Shown here piece by piece: positions 26,099 to 39,905 of a DNA stretch of 64,000 nt. The translations under genes were made by a program, and so were the position numbers. Position 1 is the first letter of the stretch. Each line of letters starts with the position of its first letter. The notes below the pieces were generated by a model. That model saw only the letters and a list, made by a program, of their open reading frames with translations. It did no database searches and was not told where the DNA came from. Source of the DNA: Amoebidium appalachense (taxonomy: Eukaryota; Protista; Ichthyosporea); the NCBI GenBank assembly GCA_963693365.1, contig CAVNZM010000007.1, forward strand, positions 5,267,962-5,331,961. The letters are read 5' to 3'.

Positions 26099-27050
26099 GG
26101 CAATTTGGGACAGAAAGAGTTTCTTTGTATATGGGTGGCCTTATGGTTTTAGACACATGACCTAAACAAAAATTGCAGGGTGGGGGTTCCACCCTAGTGG
26201 TACCGTGTGGGCATGTTTCATCCACAACGCAGGCAGGCTCGGAGAAAAAGACATGGGTATGGTTGACTCCCCTACCTTGGGGGGAAATCACTATACGCCC
26301 ATTTCCAGAAGGACACTGCATCACCTGCAAGCAATTGAAAACTGTCTGCATGTGTGTTTGTTTTGCACATTCAGTGTGTGTGTGTGTGTTGAGTGTATGT
26401 GTGTGCAGCATGTGTATGTGTGTGTGACTGTGCTTGTGCGGAGTGTGCGTGCGTGCACGTGTGTGGGTTGTGTGCTTGTTATTGTGTGTGTATGTGTGGG
26501 TGGGTTTGTGTGCGTATGTACACGTGTGCAGATGCTTTTGCCTATAAAAGAACGTGTGCGTTATGTGCGTGCCAGCAGACAAGTGTGTGAGCAAGCTTTG
26601 CTTGCACGTGTTTATGACTTGTCAACATTCAAGTGTGTGCGTATGTGTGCGCACGTGTGTTTGTGTGTGTGTGTTTGTGTTTGTGGGTGTGGGTGTGCGT
26701 ATGTGTGTCTGTGTTTTTCTTTTTGGTTTGTGGTGTTTGTGGTATTCTGTTGGTGCTTATGCTTGCCCATGTGTACGCGTGTCATGCACGTTTGTGTATG
26801 AGTGTGCATGCGTGTGCGTATGAGTGTGCATGTGTGTGTGTCTGTGTATGTCACAGTGTGTATATGTGTGTGTGTGTGTGTGAACGAGCGTGTGCACGTG
26901 TGCGGATCTGGTTGCCTGCACGTGTGTGTATGCGTGCATGGTGCTCATGTGCACGTGTGAATGTTTGCCCATGTGCGCGCGTTTCAGTCATGCACGTGTG
27001 TGTATGTGTGTGCAGGCGCGTGTGTCTCTGTGTGTGTATGCGTGTGTGTG

Positions 27051-27089
<39 letters not shown>

Positions 27090-27360
27090 TGCATGTGCAC
27101 GTGTGAATGTTTGCCCATGTGCGCGCATTTCAATCATGCACGTGTGTGTATGTGTGTCCAGGCGTGTGTGTCTCTATGTGTGTGTATGTCACTCTGTCGC
27201 GCGCGTGTGCACGTGTGCGGATCTGAGTGCCTTGTACCTGTGGTGCTGCAGAAGGTGCAGCCAGCAGCAGCAGAAAGAGCACGAGCGAGAAGATTACGCC
27301 CAACGCCTTACCGACCACGCCCAACGCCTTACGCGGCGTTCCTTTTAAAAAACCCCCCAT
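26099..27360 (-). CDS. Putative secreted protein, 5' exons only
   Basis: Exon 27360-27238 reads MGGFLKGTPRKALGVVGKALGVIFSLVLFLLLLAAPSAAPQ followed by a GT donor (signal-peptide-like). Phase-compatible exons near 26324-26276 (VMQCPSGNGRIVISPQ) and ~26161-26099. The 3' end is unresolved. Confidence 0.3.
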
Positions 27361-28334
27361 TGCTTCTTTGGGATCCGCAGTAAGTCGGTCGACCACTATG
27401 CAAAAACAAAGCGTTTTCTTCTCAGTTTTGCCCTCCGACGTCTGATCAGGCTCCAATCATCATGATCACGGAAACGGTATTTTTACCGCGCTTATGCTGT
27501 TCTTTGCCAGGTATCAACGCTAAACCGGACATTTCGATTCGCAAATCAAGGTACACTCAAATAACATTGAAAAGCCCCAACGAAATATTGTTCGACACCA
27601 TGTTTATCTAAATTACATATTTAATATAAACTAAATGATTCCCGATTTCGCTGACAGGGTAACAATTACCATCTAGTTACCGCGCTCCTGGAAGCGAATC
27701 CAATGAAGTTATCTCTCATTCCATTGACCCAGGAGGCGAGCCAATCTAATCGAGTTTTTGAAAGTGATTTTTGTCCACCTTCCCCCGCCCAAAATACGTT
27801 ACCGGTGACCACCCTCCCCCTTCCAACCCTGTGCGAAATGGGCACCGTATGCAGAATAGAAAGGGCCTCTGGCCCCAATTACCGGGTTGAATCGTTCGTT
27901 GTGTGACTTGGTACTCAGGCCCTTCCGACTGCTTGCAAGCTGTGTAATTCACCAGATTCATCCTCCTCCCCCCTCCCACCCCGCCCCCTTCCCACCCCCC
28001 CTCTCAAACCAATGTTCCCATGGGTTGGTTCTTCTTTTTGTGGGCCCATTGTGACGACTGCTTATGTCGTCTCGTCGTGATCAGGCCATGAGAGATCCCT
28101 CACGTAGATGTTCGCCTTGAAACGCATGACGATGGCGCCATTTGCATTTAGATCGCTGAGTGTACAATTTTTCACCGTTTCCTCTTCTTACCTCCACACC
28201 CCGCACCCCTATAACATCGTCCTTTACCCCTGCTTTTTTCCCCACATGTTATGATTACTAATAACAGACCCCGAGGTACGTAGAGGATTGGAGTTGAAAA
28301 ACCGCGCAGGGAGAAGTGCTGCTCGAGACACCGA

Positions 28335-28521
<187 letters not shown>

Positions 28522-28729
28522 AAGGGCGGAGGGAGGGGGGGGAGGGAGGGAGGGAGGGAGGGAGGGAGGGAGGGAGAGAGGGAGAGAGGGGGGGAGGGAG
28601 GGAGGGAGGGAGGGAGGGAGGGAGGGAGAGAGGGGGGGGGGGGACAGCGAAAAAAGAGAGGGAGGGAGAGCGGAGAGAGGGACAGAGAGGGGGGGGAGAG
28701 GGAGAGACAGAGGGAGGAGGCGAGAGAGG

Positions 28730-28808
<79 letters not shown>

Positions 28809-29940
28809 AGAGGGAGAGGGAGAGGGAGGGAGGGAGGGAGGGAGGGACGGAGAGATAGAGAGAGAGAGAGAGAGTCCGAAAGGGAGAGAGGGAGGGAGGG
28901 AGGGAGGGAGGAATGGAGGGAGGGAGAGAGGGAGAGAGAGAGAGAATGTGTGTGTGTGTGTGTGACTCAGAAAGAAAGAGGGAGGGAGGGAGAGAAAGCG
29001 AGCGAGAGGAGGGGAGAGAAAGGAAGAGAGAGAGGGTTGATGGACGGAGGGAGTGTGAGTGAGGAGAGAAACAGAGAAACAGAGAGAGAGAGGGGAGGGG
29101 GGGGAGGAGGGGGAGGGGGGAGGGGAAGGAGAGGGAGGAAGAGGGTTCGGTACCCAACTAAATTCGTGGTATTCGAAAGCCACGTTATTAAAAAAGGGAC
29201 CGTCAAAAGTGGTGTGTGCGGTAGTACTGTTACTGGCGGCTGAGGAAAGAAAAGGGCTCAGAAGCGGGCAGTGGCCATAATACCAGTACTTCTTGTCAGA
29301 GATGTAGGCTCTTTGGCCCGTTCACTATTTCCATTCATAGTATGCAGAGATAGAATCAGGGTCGTGTGTGTGCTGGTAATCTACAGTGTCCCGGACTCAC
29401 GATATTATTAGCTAATGGGCGAATGTTTTTGGCCGTAACCACACTACTGACGCTCTTAAATCAACTGTCTGCCACTCGCGCTAAAAGATTGTGGGGAGAA
29501 ACAGGAAGACAAAAAAATTGAATATGTAGGCGCGCTCTTGCGATTCTGATTCTGCACACAGGTCTACACGTGAACCGTTGATCGTTTCTGTCATCTGACC
29601 CATAGCTATGGTGTGCGTGAACAGTTCAAGCTCTGCGCAAGCATTCTCCGGCTGTGAGCACGTGTCTCTGCTGGTGCGTCGATGCAACAACTCACAGATC
29701 TGGGCCACCCTGCAGAAGGTCCCTGCTCCTCTTTTTGATCGTGCTTATTATCAGCAATAAAGAAATTTGTTTTTACGAGGTTATGATTTCACGCAGCGAC
29801 AAAGCTGTGGACGACAGACGGTGTGCACACCGTTTGGCAAGCCTTAGTGGGGAACACGTTCAGCTTTGGAACCCGCACACCTCGGGAGCCTAAAAGGCCT
29901 CCTTAAAACTGTAAGACTTAATCTCCCAGCTTGGAAGAGC

Positions 29941-29971
<31 letters not shown>

Positions 29972-30245
29972 GGCCTTTTACTGATCCGAAGCTTTCAGGG
30001 CTTGAAATTCCAAGGTCACGCCTACCCTCCTGGCATTAGTAATTTACAAAAGCTGTCCCCTCCTCCTCCAAATTCCCCCCTCCTCAGGGCCCCTTCCATC
30101 ATCCCTCCCCACCCCAGTGGCCCCCCCTCCCCCCCCCCCCCCCCTCTCCCCCCCCCCCCCCCCCCCCCCCCCTCAGACATCTTCGCGTTTCCCCCTCGAC
30201 CAAAAAGATACACCCGCCTCGCCTACCCTTCACCTGGCCCCTCCC

Positions 30246-30289
30246 CAAGGCCTCCTAGATACTGAAAATAGTTTATCTAGGAGGCCTTG
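30246..30289. repeat. 16-bp-stem hairpin
   Basis: caaggcctcctagata-(12 nt)-tatctaggaggccttg. Confidence 0.92.
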
Positions 30290-30322
30290 CCCCTCCCGCC
30301 CCAATCCGGATCCCACGAGCTC

Positions 30323-30574
30323 ATTTTTTTCTTTTTTTTTTTTCTTTTGACTGGATTTATTCGACGGAAAGATATGCAAGTATGCACGGCATACTGAGAA
30401 GACAATAAAAACTTCACGAGTTATCCAGTAACAAGTGCATACTGAGATACCTGAACACCGTGTGAAAATCATATAAATACTCAATGTGACGACCAACAGA
30501 ATTCAACAAAAAGTCTAAAGTGTTTGTAGTGTAGCAGACACCCGTAGGGAAGAGGTAAAACGCGACATAAAAAC
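30323..30574 (-). mobile_element. LINE family B 3' end (A-rich tail, AATAAA, ORF C-terminus), interrupted by the MULE-like element
   Basis: Minus strand ends gtcgaataaatccagtcaaaagaaaaaaaaaaaa and encodes NTLDFLLNS...LLLDNS*. Matches 41791-42043. Confidence 0.9.
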
Positions 30575-31451
30575 GGCCCGGGTACCATATCAGGAGCGGG
30601 CAATTTTTGAATTCTCCCTCCCCGGCCCCGCCGGGGAAAATTTGAGGTTTTTGGACCTCAAAGAAGTCAAATCCTGCAAAATCCACTACCGGGAGGCCAA
30701 AAAGGGTGATTTTACAAAAAAGGAGGGACATACATGAAAAAGAGAAAATGGGCGAGTTCAGTGGGCTGCCGATAAGTATATTTCGTGCTGGGCCGGTATA
30801 CATGCTGCCGTGGTTGTTGCTGTAGACGGCAGTATGGCATCGCATGTGTCACGTGACCTGCACGTGAATGCGACCATGTGCAGGCACTGAGTCTAGGGGG
30901 ATTTGTATGTGTGTTTTGGAGCACCGACAAGGCAGAGCCAGGGTGAGGGATGTGTAAACATGGAGTTTAGGGAGATCGTGCTGCTATTGTAACATGTGCA
31001 CAAAACAGCCACGTGCACCGGCACACTCCGGTGTACAGAACAATAATATGCACATGCGTCACTGTAATATCATGTATGCGCATGCCGCACAAGGTTTAGG
31101 AGACCACCACAGTATATACTATTTTCTTTTGGTTGATATCCATGTAGGAATGGTGTGTTGCAGTTGTCATGATCAGCCTGAGGCAGGCACGTGCACTCAC
31201 TGAATCACTAGAACTCATGAATAAAAAATACATTCGCTAAAAACGGCAAGGTAAATTTGGGGCCAAGCTATTATTTCCCCCTTTTAAACGTTTTTTTAGC
31301 TCCAAGAACTTCGACGCCAAAATTTCTATATTTGGCCATCGTATATGATAATGAACACGTGTACTTAAATTAAAGTAGTTATATAAATATGAGCGGCCCG
31401 TTACAAATACAGTGACGAAAAACAGTGACCCACGAGCAGTTTTTCTTTCTA

Positions 31452-31524
<73 letters not shown>

Positions 31525-31820
31525 ACACACCAGACACACACACCACCACCACGGTGACCACCACCACCACCACCACCACCACTCACCCCTTAAAAAAACC
31601 ACACACATACGTGCACGTGTACACACACACACAGAACACCACCACCACCTCCACTGGACCCCATTTCCTCGTTGTTTTCTTAAGCCTTCAGACCAGTCCT
31701 GCACACTGGAGTTAAACAATTGAATTCACCTAGGCTGACATGCATCCACCCCCGCCTTCCACTTCCCCTCCCCCCCACCCCCTCCCCCCACCCCCCCCCA
31801 CCCCCACCCCCTCCCCCTCG

Positions 31821-32848
31821 ATGAAGAAGGGCCCCCGTAAGCCTTGGGGGGGGGGGGGAGGGGGGGGGGAAGGGGAAGGGGGGAGCTCTTGAGCCTCCGG
31901 GTAGGGAAGTGGGGTCCGGGGATCCGGAGAGGAGGGGGGGGGGGGGGGGAAGGGGCATATAATATTGGGCCTAGATATCATAGTATGGGGCCCCGGGGGA
32001 GGGAGAGGTGGGGGGGGGGGAGGGGGGAGGATCCACGGGAAAGACCTTTAGGTGCATGTTCTTATTTATACCCCCCTTCGAATCATCCCCCCTCTCCCCC
32101 CCCCCTCCCCCCCCCCCCTGAGTGCAGGCCGTGACGTAGCTACGATAACCCTGCAGAAGGCAACAAAAATGTATTAATTACTAGCACTATACATGTGTTC
32201 ATAGTGCAGCTTGCACCACGTATGATCTCAGCAACTTTAAAGTAGTCACAAAGTTTAGTTATTTTCATTATTTTCATTGCTCTGAACTCTATTACTCTGA
32301 AATGATCACCGTGCATGTGCCGCAAGATAACAACCCTATATGTGTGCAGCTGCTGCCTGCAGGTTAGACTCGCTGAAAAGACAATTGTCAGTGTGCATCC
32401 GACGCTTGCAGCTGCAGCTAGCCTCTGCAACATTAATACTTGCCAAGTGAATGCTCTTACACTTGATCATCATTCACTCAAAAAACCGAGGACCGACAGA
32501 TTAAATATTAATGTCGATCCGAATGATCAGCAAGTGTCTATGCGTACTACTATATATACACACACGTAAAATGCGAAGCTATCAGTTACAAGGCACACCT
32601 GCTGCACTGGCACACATACACATACACACCGGCAGATCGATGCTGTCAAAATTTACTTTCATGTACTTCGTAGGTCCGACACAGGTGCACATGAACACGT
32701 ACATATGTACAAGCCGCGCACACACCACACCACACATACACACACACACACACACACTCACACACACACACGCACACACGCACACACGCACACACGCACA
32801 CACGCACGCACGCACGCACACACACACACACACGCACGCACGCGCGCG

Positions 32849-32912
<64 letters not shown>

Positions 32913-33199
32913 GACACACACACACACACACACATCACTGGGTGCGCTCGCTGGGGATTAGTTTTTTGGCACGCTGTTGACTTTATCGTGTGTTTATTAT
33001 TTGCTATTTATTGGCCAGCGGCCAACATTTAAAAATATACTATATACCTAAAAATAGATACTGACTACGGCCAGCAGACATTATACACCTTCCAGGACAC
33101 ATTAACACCAATAGTCTAACACACCATACTCTCGATCACAAAGAATTCCTAACAAACAGAGAAAAGTGCAAAGGCTCTGTACTATTACTCAGATTCTAA
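31821..33199 (+). CDS. Putative spliced accessory protein of the transposon (~129 aa), convergent with the transposase
   Basis: Phase-consistent exons 31821-31836 (start uncertain), 32128-32159, 32363-32533, 32636-32684, 33078-33199. Internal repeat [13 protein letters not shown] / [13 protein letters not shown] with equal spacing. One GC donor (GCAACA). Confidence 0.5.
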
Positions 33200-33238
33200 A
33201 TTTTAATTCTTTACAGTAAACTTCGGAATGAAAGCTAG

Positions 33239-33273
<35 letters not shown>

Positions 33274-33360
33274 CCCCCTAACATGACTGTACGAAGAACA
33301 GGTATAACTTGAAGCACTACAACACATATGAGATCCGTTACATTGGTGTACATTCCAATA

Positions 33361-35029
33361 TTAGACACTAGTTTGGCTACTCTGACTACTCTGAGATCCT
33401 GATTGGCTGCCTGCAGACTTGCGGCCACGATTACTTTGCTTTCGATCGTGCCATTGCAGCTGCGTCTCTCCAGCAGGTGGCAACGCCAGGCCCAGCACAG
33501 CAGATGCACGAGAAGGGGGTGGGAACTGCCCACCAGCCGAGGGCTGGCCCACATGGCCCAAGTAAGGATGGGGACCGTGCTGCGGCAGTAGCCCAGGCAT
33601 GGGGAAGGCAGGGCCGGGCTGAGGCGGCATGATGCCCCACGGTGGGGGCCAGCCATGTGGGTGGTGCGGGCCTGGATGGGGTGCAGGGGGCATGTGCGGC
33701 ACATGGCCCTGCTGCATGTCAAGCGCGGGTGCTGGTGGCATGGCATCCTGATTGGCTGCAACCCAACGTGGGCAGCTCTTGGCCCGATTGGAGCCGGGGC
33801 AGCCCTTGCCCTGGCGGCCACACGTCTTGCAGGTCTTGGGGGCTCTCTGGGGTGGCTGCATAGGAGGGGGCACCGGCAAATCCATCTGCAGGGGCCCCTC
33901 AGGGCCAATGTTGCGATGCTTTTTGCCCACTAGCATGGGCAAGGGCCGCTCACGCTGCGCCCCTGCATCGACACCGTCTGGAACAGGGAGGGGTGGCAAG
34001 GGGGCAGGCCGTATGGTTGCTGGCACAGCGTCTGCCCTCTCCTCGCGCATACGCTTGCGGTGATCTGCCAGGCCCTCGTGTGTGGAGCGCTGTGCATGTG
34101 CCGTCTGCCAGGTCTTCCACTTGTCGAAATGCTTCTTGATGTAGGCCGCATCCTTCATGTAGATTCCCCCAGCCACAGAGGCAGCCTTGTTGAAGTCTTG
34201 GGCCAAAGCCTCGAACAGCTGGCCGTTGGGCTTTGCATGTGCCTTGTAGGTGCCCAGGAGCAGCGTGCTGAATAGCTTGCGCTCCTGAGGGGTAAGCACC
34301 GGAAGGAAGGGGATGGCCACATGTTGCTTCTGCGCCAGGAACTTGTAGTCGCCCCTCAGTGCAGGGTCCGGCTGTGGTGCACCACGCGCCACCTGGTTGC
34401 CCCCCCCCATGGCAGCACCGTCACCCTCCTCGACCTCACAGTCCTCTGGCCCGCCCATCACGCCATTGGCTGCAGGCTCGATGTTATCAGACGGAGGTGG
34501 GGGTGCGGGCACCGCAACTGGCTCCTGCGCCGGGGCATTGGCCACACAGGAGAGCGGGGCAAAGTTGAAGTACTCCTCCGGTAGCTTGTAGCAGCCTACG
34601 GGTACCCACTGGGGGTCGAGGTGATGGCCGTACAGCATCAGCGCCAGTGCCTCCATGTCGTCAACAATCCAGGGGCTGTAGTGGGGGGGCCCCGATGCCT
34701 GGCCCAGGCGGTTGCGGTAGTGTGCACGCAGGTTGTGGCGGTGGCGCCTATTGGACATGGTGGCGTCCAGCAGGCGCAGCGACATGCGTGTGGCCCCAAA
34801 GTGGGTGGCCAGGGGGTTGTGCACTGCCCCCTCCACCTCGTTGGTGCCCCGGATGCAGCGGTAGCGCATGAGCCCATCTGCGTCGGCAGTGGTCTCGTAG
34901 TAGAGGGGCAGGCCGGGGGGGTCCGACAGACAGCCATTTTGGGCGTGTTCGAGCAGCGACTGTGGGGGCACAAGCAAACATCAGAGAGATGGGTGGGTGG
35001 TGGTGGTGGTAGTGTGTGTGTATGTGTGT

Positions 35030-35060
<31 letters not shown>

Positions 35061-35144
35061 GGGGGGGGGGGATGGGGTTGCTAAGGAAAAAAACGAGCAG
35101 GGAAAGGCAAAAAACAACTGGCTAGGCAGCAAGGGCCGTGCGGG

Positions 35145-35214
<70 letters not shown>

Positions 35215-35789
35215 ATGTTTGGGGGGGGAGGGGGGGGGGGGGGGGGGGGGGAGGCTAGGGTGTGCGTGTGTGTGCAGATGAACCAAGGATGACAAATAAG
35301 CGAAGAATCTTTTCTGTGGTGGTGGAGTTGTTGGGCGCCTGCAGGGGGGGGGGGGGGGGGGGGGGATGTTGCCTCGAGTCTTTCAAAGCCATCCTTCTTG
35401 AACAGAGGCTTGCCATCCGGTCCGGGCGGCACATCCTTGTAGGTGTTTTTGAACTCCACCAGCCGCGAGACCAGCGTGTATGGGTCGGGAATAACCCGCC
35501 GGATGCGCTCCATGAAGTAGCTCAGGTCGCCGCCCTTGAGCTCGGTTTCAATGTCGATGCCCTTCTGCTCCAGCACCCCCTGTGAGGCAGGATGCCAATA
35601 TTAATTTACTACGCACACTGCAATTTGGGTTTGGTAGACTTTGATACCTGCCGTTATTGTAGGACCCCTCCCCTCCACCCCCCCCATCTTCTCCCCCAAC
35701 ACAAGTAAAAAATGCATGTGGCTATTTCCCCCCACAACCCTACATTATTTCTCTCTAGGCATATGAATAACCCCCACTCTCCTCCCCCC

Positions 35790-35845
<56 letters not shown>

Positions 35846-36889
35846 TTGCCCCCCCTCTCTCTGTGGCTCAGGCTCTCTCTCTTCCCTCAGAAGTTTTGTC
35901 GAAGGTGTGCATGGTTGTGGGTGGAATGGTGAGTGTGTGCTAACGAGTGTATGTGTGTGTGCGCGTCAGTCACGCATGTTGTTGTTGCCGTTTTTTTTAT
36001 TTTTATTTTTTATTTTTTATTTTGGGGGGGGGGGGGGGGGGGGGCACCTTCACATGTCCGTAATCCTCTTCATTCCACACAAATATTGCCTCGCTGAGTG
36101 CGCGTGCGTACTCAGCCCTGCGGGGGTGTGACTTGTACGTGCCGTCCGCCGTGTTTGCAATGGAGTGGAAGGCGTCATTCAGCACAGTCTGCCACACCAC
36201 CTCCCCAGGCGGTGCCTGGCCCAACATGCCCTCTCTGGGAGCTGCCTCGGGTCCCCCTGGGGCTGCCTCAAGGCCCCCCGGGGCTGCCTGGGGGTCCTGG
36301 GGGGGTGCCTGTGGGCCGGCAAGGGGTTGCTGCTGCTCGGCAGGGGGAGGACTGGCAGGGGGAGGGGCTGGGTCAGGGACCACCGGCACCTCGGCACCTG
36401 GGTCCGGTGGGGGCTGAATGGGCCGTAGCCACTGCAGGTGCACCATCAGCTCAAAGGGCGGCGGGCCCAGCTCTCCCAGGGTCTTGCCCTTGTCGGGGCC
36501 AAAGGGCACCTGCATGGCCGGCGACAGCACCTGATCCACCCGCACCACTGCATGCTTCTTGCCCACCTTCATGCCCCCCCAGCGCTCCGGCTGCACAGCC
36601 AGCACCACCCCGGTGGCTGCTGCAGCATGTGGGCCCCGCCGGGGCACAATCTCAACCCCTTCACCGAGTGCCTTTGCATGAAGCCGCGCTGCATGTCATA
36701 GAGGGAAGCAAAAAACTCAGCCAAAAAGCCACAGCACCAACGTTTTTCTCTTCGCTCCACAAAAATCAAATGCATATTCCTTAGCAACCCCCCTCCCCCC
36801 CCCCCCCCCCCCCCCCCCTTCTCCCTCCCCCCCCCCCCTCTCCCAGTGCCCAGCTTGTGTGGCACTTGCACGTGTTAACAGTGCTATAG

Positions 36890-36927
<38 letters not shown>

Positions 36928-37021
36928 ACCACCACCACCACCACCACCAATCACCCCCTCCTTTGATAGCCACCCGACACCCAGCATAACACAACTGGAA
37001 CACTGGCCCATGTGGTCAGCC

Positions 37022-37065
<44 letters not shown>

Positions 37066-38566
37066 CCCCCCTCCCCCCTCCCCCTCTCCCTCTGGGGGGC
37101 CCACAATCTTTCTATATCTGGCATAAGCACATAAGCACTGGGGCAAAAAGCAGGTGGGATACACACCTGACAGGTTTGGCCTATCGACCACGGCCGAGTA
37201 GACCTGCAGGGACGCATATGCATCAAGGGCAGCGTAGGTGGCCTGCACCTCTGATAGCGGCTCGTGCCAGTTGGAGCATCGAACAAGTGCCGGCTTGGGC
37301 AGCTTCTTGCCTATGACCTGGGCAGTGATGTCGGCCAAGCCCCGGGCCGCAGAGGTGATAGCTGCACGGGCATAGCAGAACCGGCCCAGCTCCAGATAGC
37401 TGGCCACAGGGGTGCCGTAGTCCTTGTTGAGGTGGGCCGAGTCCGTGCCGATCTGCTTGCCCACCTTGATGATGCTGGGGTCCCTAAGCAGCGCAATCAG
37501 CTCGTCCACCAGCCGCGCGGGCGGGCTGTGGTTGGGGCCCATGCGTGCCAAGTGGAAGATGTACACGGCCCGTGCGGTGGCAATCTGCAGCGTGCAAACC
37601 TTGGACCGCGCCTGGCCCACCCGATAGACCCACTCGCAGTCCAGCCCCACCACGCGGTGCTGCTGCCCCTCCAGGTCGGCACGAATGGCCGCTGTAGCCA
37701 CCACCGCCCCCTGGCAGTCGGTGTACACCGGCTTAGGGTAGTTGGCCGGCAGCTCCAGCCCAGGCAGACCGTCCGTCACGCTTACCAGCGCAGCCTCGTT
37801 CAGACGGACGGGGCATTTTGGCCGGGCTAGGGTTGGAAACATGCGCTCAACAAACGCCCGGTCTTGGCAGCACCGATCTGTGTAGAAGAAGGCCGGGCCC
37901 TTGCTGTTGAGCGCCGCCGTGGTGGCAGAGATGCGCTGGATCACGGGCTCAATCTCCTGGTGGCTGCAGTCCCGTGTAAATACCTGCGCCCGGATCTCTG
38001 GGGTGCCGCACTGTGTGAGAGGGCATCTCCGAGCGGCCATGCATGTTCTAGCTTCCCTTACCACATGGCCCTTCACGAGACTTCAGTGCCCACACAATCC
38101 TTTCCCCCCTCCCTCCCCCCAAACCCATGTGCCCACATACTTTCCCCTCCCTCTCCCCCAAAACCCTTCCCCCTCCTTCCCCCCAAACCCATGTGCCCAC
38201 ATACTTTCCCCAGGCCTCCCTTTCCCCCAAAATCTTCCCCCCCCCCCTCCCCCCTAAACCCATGTACCTACAATCCTTCCCCCTTCCTCCCCCTAAACCC
38301 TTGTGATCACAATCCTTTCCCCCTCTCTGCCTTCCCCCCAAACCCATGTGCCCACGATCCTTCCCCACTCCCCCTCCCCCCAAACCATGGGACAGCCCTC
38401 CATATGGCACCTACTGTCCCCCCCCCCCCCCCCCCCCCCACCCCACCCCGGGCCTCTTGCCCTCTCTACCTTCAACTCCGACGGTGGTGTCTCTCCCCCC
38501 CCCCCCCCCCCCCCCTGCATCCCTTGCAATCACTGGCCCCTACTCCCATTCTGCTTGGCAGAAGCT

Positions 38567-38636
<70 letters not shown>

Positions 38637-38873
38637 ATTCCCCGCCAAAAGAAAGCTCCACCCCAGCCCACCCCAATCTCTACCCAGCAAAAACACATAC
38701 ACACATATCTGGAGCTTCCTAGTTTTTGCTCGACAGGGCAAGAATTGTCCCCAAAACCCACATACTACAAACCTCTACTCACAGTGTGCCACCTCATTAA
38801 ATGTGGAGCCTAAGAGATTTAAAGGCCCTAGAGGGGGAGGGGGGGGGAGGGGGGGGGGGGGAGGGGGGCGTGT

Positions 38874-38904
<31 letters not shown>

Positions 38905-39334
38905 GGGGCGTGTGTGGGGGGGGGGGAGGGGGGGAAGGGGGCCTGGGGGAGAGTGGGGGGAGGGGGGAGAAGAGGAGGGACCACACACCGCCAAGCTCGT
39001 TTACACAAGTCCATAGGCCTCGGTACAGAGGCTCCCCATTGATGCCGGTGAGCTTCCCAATTTGGAAGGTGTGGTCGGCCTTGAGCACGTTGTTTACGGG
39101 CTTGAGCTGCGTGTCCAGGCTCTGGTACTTTGCCGTGCGGTCGCTGAACTCAGTATACACGGCACTCAGGTATTTGCCTGAACCCCAAGTACTGTTAGAA
39201 CTCCACCACCCTCCCATCAGGACCATCCCCCCCATTCCCTCTAGTCCCTCGTGTTCATCTCACCTCTCTGTATTTTCGTAAGTCTGTATGGCTTTTCCCA
39301 TCTCAAAAACGCTACACACCCATCTCCGGCCGTT

Positions 39335-39373
<39 letters not shown>

Positions 39374-39560
39374 CCCCCCCGCCTCCCGGCGCGCGCAAAC
39401 CCTCCAAGTCATTGCACCAACTTTCACCTTCTTTCCCCTTTGTGCCCCATCTGCAGTTTGTCCCCTGCACGTCCGTTTGCCCTTCCCCCCACACCCTCCT
39501 GCCACTACTATAATAACCATTAAGTACCGCCACCAAGATCCAGTCTACCACCATGTGCCC

Positions 39561-39592
<32 letters not shown>

Positions 39593-39742
39593 CCTCTCCA
39601 CCTCCTTTCCCCCAACACACACAGACACACATGCGCACACCCACCATCTAATTTCAGGCATAACAGTTCTCCACGATTTCCCAAGCACACTCACTGGTAC
39701 ATGGACCGTTATGCTTTCACCCCTCTGATGATCCCTCTGCCC

Positions 39743-39783
<41 letters not shown>

Positions 39784-39874
39784 ACCACCACCACCACCAC
39801 CACCACCACCATGACTGATTGCCACCACCACCACCTAATCCATCACCATGTCCCCCCCTCCCCCCTCCCCCCCC

Positions 39875-39905
<31 letters not shown>

